A stretch of 64,000 nt of DNA, from assembly GCF_018977255.1 (NCBI RefSeq), contig NW_024704742.1:60514001-60578000 (forward strand). The letters are read 5' to 3'. Of this stretch, positions 63,536-64,000 are shown piece after piece; positions within the stretch are counted from its first letter, which is position 1, and every line of letters begins with the position of its first letter. The stretch comes from Callorhinchus milii (Eukaryota). A program made the position numbers and the translations under genes. The notes beneath the pieces were generated by a model. That model did not search any database. It was not told where the DNA came from and worked only from the letters and a program-made list of their open reading frames with translations.

Positions 63536-64000
63536 GATGCATCAAACTCATTGGAGGATCGTGGTTTGATCAGGAAGGACCAGGCTTCTGTTCTTGTGAG
63601 GAATGTGTGGGATAATTTCAATAGTTTGATTAAATTGGAAAATTCTTGTAAAGAATTCTAGCAGTGATACTTAGATTTTCTGTTGACTTTGGGTTTGAAG
63701 GATTGCAATATGGATATTGACGTGTATAAATCTGAATTAGATAACACAATCATGCACATGGATCACAGTTGCATTGACACAGGAGTATCTTAATTCCCTT
63801 TCCCACCTGCTCTATAACACTAGCAAGAACCGAACTTCACTTACCACACCCTCCGCTAGCTGGTAGGAATCCTATAGATGAATCTCTGCAATAAATCTAC
63901 CAGATTCTCCCCATTAGACCGGCACAGTTGGATGGTTACATCACTGTTTCAAGCAACATATGGCATCTCTCCCCTCACCATTTCCTCCAAAGGAATCATA

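Overview
Eukaryotic (vertebrate) genomic DNA, most likely a cartilaginous fish of holocephalan type. This taxon call is inferred from the dominant tRNA-Ala-headed, (TTA)n-tailed SINE plus L2/CR1 LINEs and is not proven. Two complete, convergent intron-containing genes were reconstructed by hand. AGA (aspartylglucosaminidase) is on +, has 9 coding exons at 20882-41368, encodes 368 aa and has one GC-AG intron. NEIL3 (Fpg/Nei DNA glycosylase) is on -, has 10 coding exons at 56227-46423 and encodes 590 aa. The first ~17 kb is non-coding, repeat-sprinkled sequence with enhancer-like blocks. The most unusual structure is at the two 5' ends. Each gene has a kb-scale minisatellite, G-rich on its sense strand, directly upstream of the ATG, together with CA-type microsatellites. 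The AGA array carries a RAG-heptamer CACAGTG in almost every unit, and the NEIL3 array is an amplified GC-box/half-CRE promoter module. Other notable items: a six-copy unclassified retroposon-like family, an altered NEIL3 N-terminal motif (VEGAD instead of VEGPG), a (Gly-Leu/Gly-Pro)n-expanded AGA leader, a twin hairpin and co-oriented CTCF motifs. No prokaryotic-type system (CRISPR etc.) is present, and the long ORFs in the ORF track are repeat artefacts.
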